Part shown: in pieces, positions 10,401 through 19,361 of the stretch | Layout of the letters: the number at the start of each line of letters is the position of its first letter | Numbering within the stretch: position 1 is the stretch's first letter | Origin: Ottowia oryzae | GTDB lineage: Bacteria > Pseudomonadota > Gammaproteobacteria > Burkholderiales > Burkholderiaceae_C | Direction: 5' to 3' | Assembly (NCBI RefSeq): GCF_003008535.1 | Contig: NZ_CP027666.1 | Location: forward strand, 110,389-142,388 | Length of the DNA stretch: 32,000 bases | Translations under genes and position numbers: made by a program | The notes under the pieces: model-generated | The model's input: the letters and a program-made list of their open reading frames with translations, nothing else | What the model was told of the DNA's origin: nothing | Database searches by the model: none

Positions 10401-13400
10401 GGCAGCGAACTGCAGGGGTTGCAGACTGGCCTTATTGCGCTGTTTCTGAGCTGCCTACGCGGCAGCGAACTGCCAGTCAGGCAGCATCAGGACGTGGCTG
10501 CATTTCTGAGCTGCCTACGCGGCAGCGAACGGCGCCGGGGCGTCGTAGAAAGCCCCATCATTTTTCTGAGCTGCCTACGCGGCAGCGAACAGCTGGCCAG
10601 GCGGCAGCAACGCCTGGAACAATTTCTGAGCTGCCTACGCGGCAGCGAACGAGCTGCGCCGCGTAACGCCCGACCAGATCGATTTCTGAGCTGCCTACGC
10701 GGCAGCGAACTCCATGATGCCAACCGGCATCGGGGCGGATACTTTCTGAGCTGCCTACGCGGCAGCGAACTCAGGCCATTGGCCAGCCCAGCGTGACGGT
10801 GTTTTCTGAGCTGCCTACGCGGCAGCGAACTCGGCGCCCGCGAAATCGTTGCGCTGCTTCTCTTTCTGAGCTGCCTACGCGGCAGCGAACGATTGCCTAC
10901 TCACTCTCCCTTTCTCTTGATTTTTCTGAGCTGCCTACGCGGCAGCGAACACTGAGCCGCGCAATGTCGGCGTCGCTGAGCATTTCTGAGCTGCCTACGC
11001 GGCAGCGAACCGCGAAGTCGATGAAAGTTGCTCGCGTCAGCGTTTCTGAGCTGCCTACGCGGCAGCGAACTCCATGCGCGCAGGCGTTGCGGTGAAGCCC
11101 ACTTTCTGAGCTGCCTACGCGGCAGCGAACCGGACGCGGCTTGCTTGCGCGCCACGCCTTTATTTCTGAGCTGCCTACGCGGCAGCGAACTAGTCCGACA
11201 GCGGCGCGCGGTCCAGCTGCGCTTTCTGAGCTGCCTACGCGGCAGCGAACTATGGAGGTCTCCCCTTGTCTGAATGGCTTGTTTTCTGAGCTGCCTACGC
11301 GGCAGCGAACATGGCATCGCCCAGCCCACGCATTTGCGTCAGTTTCTGAGCTGCCTACGCGGCAGCGAACATGGAGCGCGACGGCTACACCCGCGCCGGC
11401 GTTTTCTGAGCTGCCTACGCGGCAGCGAACCCGTTTGCCGAGCGTGACGTGGTTCTGATTCATTTCTGAGCTGCCTACGCGGCAGCGAACCTGCTGGCGT
11501 GGGGCGCGCGCGGCTACGTGCATTTCTGAGCTGCCTACGCGGCAGCGAACGCTTGACGTTTCCGTTCGCACCGTTCACGACTTTTCTGAGCTGCCTACGC
11601 GGCAGCGAACGTAGGCCAGCGGCACCGGCTTCTCGCCGGATTCTTTCTGAGCTGCCTACGCGGCAGCGAACCCGACGCCACCGCCGCCGTCAACGCCGAG
11701 CGCTTTCTGAGCTGCCTACGCGGCAGCGAACAAAACCGCGTCAACGTCAAGCGAATGACGGCATTTCTGAGCTGCCTACGCGGCAGCGAACCCATAGCGC
11801 AGCTTGTAGTAACTGGCGTAATGTTTCTGAGCTGCCTACGCGGCAGCGAACCTCCCCAGCGCGGCCGCGTTGACCTGGCGCGATTTCTGAGCTGCCTACG
11901 CGGCAGCGAACACCACGCCACGCTGGCGCGCAGGGCCGGTTCTTTTCTGAGCTGCCTACGCGGCAGCGAACAATCACCCGCTAGCGCCTATCAGTCAAGC
12001 GCTTTTCTGAGCTGCCTACGCGGCAGCGAACTCGATGATGGCGCCCTTGCTTTTCTGCCAGTCATTTCTGAGCTGCCTACGCGGCAGCGAACGAATGGGT
12101 GGTTGGTCAGGCCAGGGCCAGCTCTTTCTGAGCTGCCTACGCGGCAGCGAACGAGCGGTTCCCTCTGGCGCGCGCATCCACGAATTTCTGAGCTGCCTAC
12201 GCGGCAGCGAACGCAGGCCCGGCGAACACCCTCCAGCCGCGCGATTTCTGAGCTGCCTACGCGGCAGCGAACCACCTGTACCTGGCCACCGAGCTGGCCG
12301 CGAATTTCTGAGCTGCCTACGCGGCAGCGAACGCCCGTCGCGGTGGATCGCGTGACCTACGTCTTTTCTGAGCTGCCTACGCGGCAGCGAACGGGTGGAA
12401 GCAATACGTGCGCGAGCGCATCAATTTCTGAGCTGCCTACGCGGCAGCGAACGGATCAACCTGCATGCGTTCCCACTGGGCGAATTTCTGAGCTGCCTAC
12501 GCGGCAGCGAACAGACACGAGCGGCCCCCTGCGCGCGCCGATACTTTCTGAGCTGCCTACGCGGCAGCGAACTGCGGCGGAGGTTTTCTTCGCGAACGAG
12601 ATCCTTTCTGAGCTGCCTACGCGGCAGCGAACGCCCGTCGCGGTGGATCGCGTGACCTACGTCTTTTCTGAGCTGCCTACGCGGCAGCGAACGGCCTCGA
12701 TACGTTCTCATCGTTCCGCATCAATTTCTGAGCTGCCTACGCGGCAGCGAACTATCGACATCTATTCCGGCGCCGCGCCCGCATTTTCTGAGCTGCCTAC
12801 GCGGCAGCGAACCGCACGCTGGTTGATCGCTTGAATTTCGCCGAGTTTCTGAGCTGCCTACGCGGCAGCGAACTGCAATGGGATCGCTGGGCCGGGCGTC
12901 ATCGCTTTCTGAGCTGCCTACGCGGCAGCGAACCCGAAGCGCGGCGTACCAAGCAAGGTTGTCCATTTCTGAGCTGCCTACGCGGCAGCGAACCAGGTGC
13001 GCGCCACGTTGGGCGCCATGACGCATTTCTGAGCTGCCTACGCGGCAGCGAACGAAGCCTGGGCCCTACCGCAAAACCTGGTGAATTTCTGAGCTGCCTA
13101 CGCGGCAGCGAACCGCCAGACCGAAGTCGGATTCGTCGTTGATCATTTCTGAGCTGCCTACGCGGCAGCGAACGGGCCGCACGGAACTGGTGCGGCGCTT
13201 GATTTTTTCTGAGCTGCCTACGCGGCAGCGAACCGCGGGTGCGGCTGATCCGCAGGCCATGGGCTTTTCTGAGCTGCCTACGCGGCAGCGAACGTGCGGC
13301 CAGGACGAGGATGATCGTTCTCATGTTTCTGAGCTGCCTACGCGGCAGCGAACAGCGGCACCTTCACGCCACCGGCCGTTCTGCTTTTCTGAGCTGCCTA

Positions 13401-15034
13401 CGCGGCAGCGAACATCTCGTCCACGATGTCCGGGGTCACGGCGCTTTTCTGAGCTGCCTACGCGGCAGCGAACGTCACGATGACCTGCCCAAGCCGCATG
13501 CACGCTTTCTGAGCTGCCTACGCGGCAGCGAACCTCGTCAAACCACGCTCCATGGCGCCGGGCAATTTCTGAGCTGCCTACGCGGCAGCGAACTGCCCCA
13601 GCGCAATTTGCTGATCGTGCTGTTGATTTCTGAGCTGCCTACGCGGCAGCGAACGCCGCGCTGGGCGTAGCCCACGGACACGCGCATTTCTGAGCTGCCT
13701 ACGCGGCAGCGAACGCGTTGCCGCTGACGGTGACGGTGCGCACTACTTTCTGAGCTGCCTACGCGGCAGCGAACAAAAATAGTTTTATCCTGGAATTTTT
13801 GCATTTTTTCTGAGCTGCCTACGCGGCAGCGAACGCCGGGCCGTGGCTTGATCTGTGCCCGGATTTTTTCTGAGCTGCCTACGCGGCAGCGAACCCCGAC
13901 CACGCGCTGGGCCGCGCCGCTGCCGTTTTCTGAGCTGCCTACGCGGCAGCGAACGCCAGCCTCGCGCAAAAGCGCGGCGCAGACATTTTCTGAGCTGCCT
14001 ACGCGGCAGCGAACCGCTGGCGCCTGCCGCGCCGCCGCCGGCAGCCTTTCTGAGCTGCCTACGCGGCAGCGAACTGATGTGCATCGCACACGAGTGTGCT
14101 CCCTACTTTCTGAGCTGCCTACGCGGCAGCGAACGGCCAGCGCCGCCGCGTTGCGCGCCTGCTGCTTTTCTGAGCTGCCTACGCGGCAGCGAACGTCAGC
14201 TCGTTCACCTCCGACCCGATGCCGCTTTTCTGAGCTGCCTACGCGGCAGCGAACTCTACGGCAGCGCGGCCAAGGCCGCGCCGAAATTTCTGAGCTGCCT
14301 ACGCGGCAGCGAACCCATGGCCGTGGGCGGCGGTGGCAGCGCTGGCTTTCTGAGCTGCCTACGCGGCAGCGAACTGCAGCAGGTTCTTGGCCAGCTGCTT
14401 GGCAAATTTCTGAGCTGCCTACGCGGCAGCGAACGAAGTCACGGGCGTGCTCGTGCAGCGCCTGCATTTCTGAGCTGCCTACGCGGCAGCGAACTCGAGT
14501 TGCGGTGAGGCGCTAGCGCGCCTTTATTTCTGAGCTGCCTACGCGGCAGCGAACGATGCCAAAGAAACCGCCCTCAACGCCCTAGTTTTCTGAGCTGCCT
14601 ACGCGGCAGCGAACGGCGTCACCACCGCAGCGGGCAACGCCTGGCATTTCTGAGCTGCCTACGCGGCAGCGAACGGCCTGGGCTTCGGTGGCGGCGTTGC
14701 TGCGCTTTTCTGAGCTGCCTACGCGGCAGCGAACGCAGCTGGGAGTGGCCCGCACAAAAAACTGACTTTCTGAGCTGCCTACGCGGCAGCGAACGACTAC
14801 CTGGCGCCCATGATCGAAAAGGTCAATTTCTGAGCTGCCTACGCGGCAGCGAACGCGATCTGGGCCGCGTTGGCCCCTAAGTCGTATTTCTGAGCTGCCT
14901 ACGCGGCAGCGAACCTGGCGTTGGCGCTGGCGAAGGCGAAGGCGAATTTCTGAGCTGCCTACGCGGCAGCGAACCGCGAGACTGCCGCCGCCATCAAGAC
15001 CACATTTTTCTGAGCTGCCTACGCGGCAGCGAAC
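7378..15034 (-). CRISPR. Type I-F CRISPR array: 127 identical 28-nt repeats plus 1 degenerate terminal repeat; 127 spacers (118 x 32 nt, 9 x 33 nt)
   Basis: The plus-strand unit TTTCTGAGCTGCCTACGCGGCAGCGAAC recurs every 60-61 nt from 7438 to 15034. Its minus-strand form GTTCGCTGCCGCGTAGGCAGCTCAGAAA matches 24/28 positions of the canonical I-F repeat GTTCACTGCCGTATAGGCAGCTAAGAAA and keeps the CTGCC/GGCAG Cas6f hairpin. The minus orientation is set by three things: similarity to the I-F repeat, the adjacent cas6f and A/T-rich leader at the 15-kb end, and the degenerate repeat at the far end. The repeat count follows from 15007-7438 = 126x60 + 9. Confidence 0.98.
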
Positions 15035-15163
15035 TTCTACGGATTTTCGTTATCTCCTTGATTTTTAAAGAACAAAGCCATTTCCATGGCTTTTCCCCCT
15101 CTTACGCCGAGCAGCGCTAAGTACTTGATTTTCCTGGCCCCTGGGGTGGGCAACGAAAAAGGG
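15035..15163 (-). promoter_or_regulatory. CRISPR leader (between the cas6f stop and the first repeat)
   Basis: This 129-bp segment is noticeably A/T-richer and lies immediately upstream (minus strand) of the leader-proximal repeat. It contains the hairpin AAAGCCAT-TTCC-ATGGCTTT at 15074-15093. I could not place the promoter or an IHF site with confidence. Confidence 0.75.
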
Positions 15164-15739
15164 TCAAAACCAAGGAATGGTGGCGCTGTTGCTCAAGCCG
15201 TAGGTGTTGAAAGAGCCTGAAACGGCCTGCGCCTGCAAGGGACCATGGTCAATGAAAAGGCAAAAGGGCTGCGCCGTGCTGCTGCTTCGCAGTTGCACAT
15301 AGGGCAGGTTCGGGCGACGCTCCACGCTGTCGGGAATGTGGGCTGCGGCCTGTGCTGCGGTTTCGCCTTTGCGTTGCATGCGGCGGCGGCGCAGGCGTTC
15401 AGCGTTGGTTTTGAATTGCCGCCGCGCCACCTGCCGGTGAGGTGCGCCCGCAGGGGCCGACGCCAGTGCCGAGGCCTTGGTGTGGTCGCGCATGCCCTGA
15501 AGCCAGCCCAGCGCCATAAGCTGCTCCAGCACCTCAGATGGGCCATGCAAGCGCACAACGCTGCCTAGGCTGCGCTGCTGGGTCGGGGTCACCACATGCT
15601 GTGGATAGCTCACCCCAACGGCATCCATCCGCAGGTGCACGAGCGCGCGGTGCAGTTTGGCCACGAGCGCACCCAGCAGGTGGGCATGGCTGAATTCCGG
15701 GTCGGGCAGTAGGTGAATGTCGATGTAATGCGTGGTCAT
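15164..15739 (-). CDS. cas6f: CRISPR endoribonuclease Cas6f (Csy4)
   Basis: The 191-aa product starts 'MTTHYIDIHLLPDPEF', typical of Csy4. A GGAG SD lies ~9 nt upstream of the ATG. It is the last gene before the leader, as in I-F loci. Confidence 0.92.
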   Translation of the reverse strand: MTTHYIDIHLLPDPEFSHAHLLGALVAKLHRALVHLRMDAVGVSYPQHVVTPTQQRSLGSVVRLHGPSEVLEQLMALGWLQGMRDHTKASALASAPAGAPHRQVARRQFKTNAERLRRRRMQRKGETAAQAAAHIPDSVERRPNLPYVQLRSSSTAQPFCLFIDHGPLQAQAVSGSFNTYGLSNSATIPWF

Positions 15740-15763
15740 GGTGAAGGCTCCACTCTCATGGCA

Positions 15764-16783
15764 TCAATTGCCTGCATCGCCAAACACGCCACCGCGAACC
15801 AGCACGGCGATCACAAAGTGTTGCTGCTCCAATGGCGGCACTTTGTCTTTCAGAATCCAATCGTCCAGCAGGTTGTAGAAGTCGAGCTTCTGTTTGGGTT
15901 GCCGGTAGGCTTTACCTTGTGTGGTGACAGAGCCGTAGGGTTCCACCGCAATCGGTCCCAGCTCGCCCGCGCCTTCGTACCAATCGTCCACGGTGCGGAT
16001 AGCGTTGCCCAGTTTTTGCGAGTGAATGGCGGCTACCTTATCAACGTGGTACAGCGTTTTGCTCTTGTCGCCACGGCCGCGTTCCAAGATCAGCTCTTGC
16101 GACGGGAATACCTCCTGCCCATTGCCCATGCGCACATACGCAGTGATTTGCAGCAGCACGTGTTCGTCGCCTGCCAGGCCTTTGGCGATGAGCGCGGCCA
16201 AGGCATCGCGATCAGCGGCTGCGCTGCCCGCGTCGAAGCTGCGCAAGCCCAATGCCAGGGCATCAAAACTCCAGCTTCGTGCCGCTTTACCTTGTTCGAT
16301 CTTGGCGATGTCAACCCGCACTTGTTCGGCACCTTGGCGGTTGCGCCACAGGAAGCGACCATTGACCAGGTTGTGTGCGTAGCGTTTGGCCAGCTCATGA
16401 AAACCGTTGGCTTGTGCGTAGCCCGCTACGGTTTGCAGCAGTTTGGTTTGGTAATCGGCGTTGTTGCAAGCCGATGGCGTCCCGGTACCCGCCAACACAC
16501 GCAGAGTGAAGCTGACCTTCAACGTATCGGCATCCGATGGCAGCGCAGCCACATCCACGGTTTGTAGGTTCGGGCTTTCGATCGCCGCATCCAACTTGGC
16601 CGGGTCTTGGTCTTTGGTTTTAAGGCGGTTGGAGATGGTGCCGCGCACCGATTTCTCACGCAACGCAACGGGCTGCCACTGCGCTGATTGGCCGATGGCA
16701 TCCCAATGACCAGCGTGGAACAAGGCGTCAGAAGGGTCGAGCTTGCGTTCGAACGCGAGGACGGAAGCGGTTTTCAAAGACAT
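15764..16783 (-). CDS. csy3: Type I-F Cascade backbone subunit Cas7f (Csy3)
   Basis: The product is 339 aa, the Csy3 size. The N-terminus '[22 protein letters not shown]' and the position between csy2 and cas6f fit Csy3. Confidence 0.9.
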   Translation of the reverse strand: MSLKTASVLAFERKLDPSDALFHAGHWDAIGQSAQWQPVALREKSVRGTISNRLKTKDQDPAKLDAAIESPNLQTVDVAALPSDADTLKVSFTLRVLAGTGTPSACNNADYQTKLLQTVAGYAQANGFHELAKRYAHNLVNGRFLWRNRQGAEQVRVDIAKIEQGKAARSWSFDALALGLRSFDAGSAAADRDALAALIAKGLAGDEHVLLQITAYVRMGNGQEVFPSQELILERGRGDKSKTLYHVDKVAAIHSQKLGNAIRTVDDWYEGAGELGPIAVEPYGSVTTQGKAYRQPKQKLDFYNLLDDWILKDKVPPLEQQHFVIAVLVRGGVFGDAGN

Positions 16784-16841
16784 GGTGAATTCCTAAAAAT
16801 GTGATTTGATGAATCAGTTCAATACCTACCAACGGGATTGC

Positions 16842-17906
16842 CTAAGACGTGACAGCCGTGTGAGCGCTGTCTGCGCTTGGCCGGGCTTCGGGTGCGTCGC
16901 CCACATGTTCCGTCTCGGCTGCGGTGTAACCACTGCGGCAGCGGTACAGGCCTGTTTGCGCGTCATGCTCGCCCCACCACAGCAAATCATCCAAGCGGTT
17001 AATGCGATGCGGCCCGATCCACTCGCCTAGTGAATACACGCTTTCGACAAAGCGAAAGGCCGTGGCTTCGTCGCGCGCGTTGGCCACTTGCCCGCCAGCG
17101 TACAAGTCGGACAACGCGGCGTAGCCCACTGGCATGGGCACCAGCCAGCCTGCATCGGCAGGTCGGTCGTTTTGCCAAGAAACTTTGCCGTTCTGGTCTT
17201 GCGCGCTGTGCAGGTTGAAGCGCGACAAGTCAAGCCACGCATCCAGCGCCGTGGCGCCCTCATCGTGCGCTTGCAACTGCTTGAGGCGCCGCTGCAGCAA
17301 CTCGTCGCGCCCGACCAGCGTGAAGCCGGGCAGCCAGCGCCGGCGCAAGCGCCTAAGCTGCTTAGCCCGATCTTCAGCCGACCCATCCAGGGCTTCTAGC
17401 TGTGGCGTGATGAACTGCCCAGGCTGAGGCTTGGGTGGCAGTACAGAGCCACCGGCTACCCGCATGATGCCCAACAACTCGCGCACTTGCCAAGCCACGT
17501 CGCGGCGACGCTCGGCGCTGGCAAACAACACGTTGCCTTCAGCTTCGGGCTCCCCACCATCCACCTGAAACACGAGCGTAATGTCGAGGTGGATGCGACC
17601 TTCTTCCACGATGGCGGCGGTGCTGCCATCCTTGCCGACCGGGTTGCGCGTGAGGCGAAAGGTTTTGACGTAGCCGTCGTGCACCTGTTCTTCCCACCAA
17701 TGGCAAACCACGCCGACCTTCTCCAACCACAGCGGCACCTCGGCGGCAGCGAGCTTGCGCTCCAACGCCCACATGAGGCCAAGAAACGCGGTCATCGCTG
17801 GGAAGCCATGGGTGAGCGGGCTGGAGATGGCGTTGGCGTTCTGAATACGCAGGTGCGGGAGCACCAAAACGCCTTTGCCGTTCAGGCTGTGCAGGGGTGC
17901 ATTCAT
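16842..17906 (-). CDS. csy2: Type I-F Cascade subunit Cas5f (Csy2)
   Basis: I place the start at the ATG at 17906 ('MNAPLHSLNGKGVLVLPHLRIQNANAISSPLTHGFP...'). This ATG overlaps the csy1 stop as ATGA (17903-17906). The longer ORF-track version (to 18137) would overlap csy1 by 230 nt and its extension is Arg/Ala-rich junk. Confidence 0.88.
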   Translation of the reverse strand: MNAPLHSLNGKGVLVLPHLRIQNANAISSPLTHGFPAMTAFLGLMWALERKLAAAEVPLWLEKVGVVCHWWEEQVHDGYVKTFRLTRNPVGKDGSTAAIVEEGRIHLDITLVFQVDGGEPEAEGNVLFASAERRRDVAWQVRELLGIMRVAGGSVLPPKPQPGQFITPQLEALDGSAEDRAKQLRRLRRRWLPGFTLVGRDELLQRRLKQLQAHDEGATALDAWLDLSRFNLHSAQDQNGKVSWQNDRPADAGWLVPMPVGYAALSDLYAGGQVANARDEATAFRFVESVYSLGEWIGPHRINRLDDLLWWGEHDAQTGLYRCRSGYTAAETEHVGDAPEARPSADSAHTAVTS

Positions 17907-19327
17907 GCCACAGCCCCCTGATCGCCCAGCCGCGTGGGAATGTAGTGGGGCGCATTCAGTGCCGTGCGTTGCTTGTGCAGGTTTTGCGCCCAGCCGTCTT
18001 CGCTTTCGTCCACCAGCAGCTCGTTGGCCCATTCGCGCTGCTCGGCATCGCCCACGGCAAACTGCTTTTCCAGCTGGGTGTTGAGCCAATTGCCAAAGCG
18101 TTTGCCGATCTGTGCGGGCCAATCCATGCGCTGCCATTCCGCGCCAAAGTCTTCATCCACTTCAGCCCGGCGCGCATCCAGCCACAACTGCTCCTCGCGC
18201 ACCAACTCGCAGCGCGGGTCTTGCGTCCAGTGCGCGGGCCAGGCGCGCTGCAACTCGCCACCCAAGGTCACCAAAGCGTCGATCAAGTCGCTCACATAGG
18301 CATCGACGCGGTTGCGGGTCTCCACGTTGGCCGGAGGATCGGTCTTGAGGAAGGCCAGAAAGTCCGCCAAGGTGGCGCGCACGCCTTCGCGCCTGATCAA
18401 CATGCGGTCAAACACCGACTGCACGCCCCACGGCTGGCGAATGTCGCGTGACTTCCATTGCGGCGGTAGCGAGGCCAGCAGGTAGTTGTTGCCGCCACGC
18501 TCGCTGTTGAGCTGGCTGATGTTCTGCGGCTTGGTGCCGCCCATCTTCTGCACCGCCAGTTGCGGATAGTCGCGCAACGGCCCGTCGTGCAACTTGCCAT
18601 CACGTCGCGCCTGCCGTGCCGCCTTGTTGGCTTCGCCAAAGCGGTCTTCTTGCAGCACGCCGTAGACCGCGTGCGCCAGCGAGGTGGCGTACAAGGGTGC
18701 GAGCAGGTGATATTGCGCATCGACAGTGGCATCGCTTGCGCTTTGTTCATCGCCCACGAACCAATAAAGCTGCTTGAGCTTCTCGTTCGTAGCAACTGTC
18801 CGAGATTTGTTACTTAACAACTCAAGGCATGAGTAAGCCTGATCTTCGCCTCCAAACGCCAAGTACGCATCTTCGTCTTTGTCTGATATCCAATCAGATA
18901 GTTTTTTGCCATCAAACACGCACTCCAGTAGTAAATACAGTTCATAGCCCGCAGAATTCACCGCACCATTGCCGGTCACATCCTCGCGAGAGGCTTGGCC
19001 CGCCAGATTGTGCGACCCAACCTCCGCATGCTGCGAAAGTGCATCAAAACTAACGCACGGATTCACCACATCTTTGACCCTGGGGTCGGGATGCGTCCCT
19101 TTCGCAAGGTGTGTAGCGACAGCTACTCCGGGAGCCGCATTGATTCCTTTCCCCAAGATCGAATCAAGCATGTATTTTTCGCGCGCATCGGCTATCGCCT
19201 TCCTCGCGACTGAATCGGCCCTATTGATCCAGCGTGACGTTGCGTGGGCGAATCGTTGTTGCACATGTGCCTCCATCGCTTGCCGTATTCGTTGCGCTCT
19301 GGGGGTATTCAACCAAAAGTTACTCAT
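17903..19327 (-). CDS. csy1: Type I-F Cascade large subunit Cas8f (Csy1)
   Basis: The 474-aa product has an AAGGAG SD ~11 nt upstream of the ATG at 19327. Its position between cas2-3 and csy2, its size and its composition are consistent with Csy1. Confidence 0.85.
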   Translation of the reverse strand: MSNFWLNTPRAQRIRQAMEAHVQQRFAHATSRWINRADSVARKAIADAREKYMLDSILGKGINAAPGVAVATHLAKGTHPDPRVKDVVNPCVSFDALSQHAEVGSHNLAGQASREDVTGNGAVNSAGYELYLLLECVFDGKKLSDWISDKDEDAYLAFGGEDQAYSCLELLSNKSRTVATNEKLKQLYWFVGDEQSASDATVDAQYHLLAPLYATSLAHAVYGVLQEDRFGEANKAARQARRDGKLHDGPLRDYPQLAVQKMGGTKPQNISQLNSERGGNNYLLASLPPQWKSRDIRQPWGVQSVFDRMLIRREGVRATLADFLAFLKTDPPANVETRNRVDAYVSDLIDALVTLGGELQRAWPAHWTQDPRCELVREEQLWLDARRAEVDEDFGAEWQRMDWPAQIGKRFGNWLNTQLEKQFAVGDAEQREWANELLVDESEDGWAQNLHKQRTALNAPHYIPTRLGDQGAVA

Positions 19328-19361
19328 AAGCTGCCTCGCTCCTTACTTAGTAAACATCACA

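Noticed and set aside
7287-14516. Dozens of ORFs on both strands across the array, with reiterated peptides such as SELPTRQRT, FLSCLRGSE and LPRRQLRK/N (up to 359 aa).
   Set aside because: They are translations of the 28-nt CRISPR repeat read through stop-free GC-rich spacers. The 60-nt period is a multiple of 3, which keeps the frames open. They are not genes.
7406-15006. Self-targeting spacers matching other parts of this window.
   Set aside because: I cannot exclude or support this without a search. No spacer obviously matched the flanking genes by eye, so no claim is made.
17907-18137. N-terminal 77-codon extension of the csy2 ORF in the ORF track.
   Set aside because: It overlaps csy1 by 230 nt and is Arg/Ala-rich. 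The internal ATG at 17906 forms the canonical ATGA overlap with the csy1 stop and starts the conserved Csy2 sequence.
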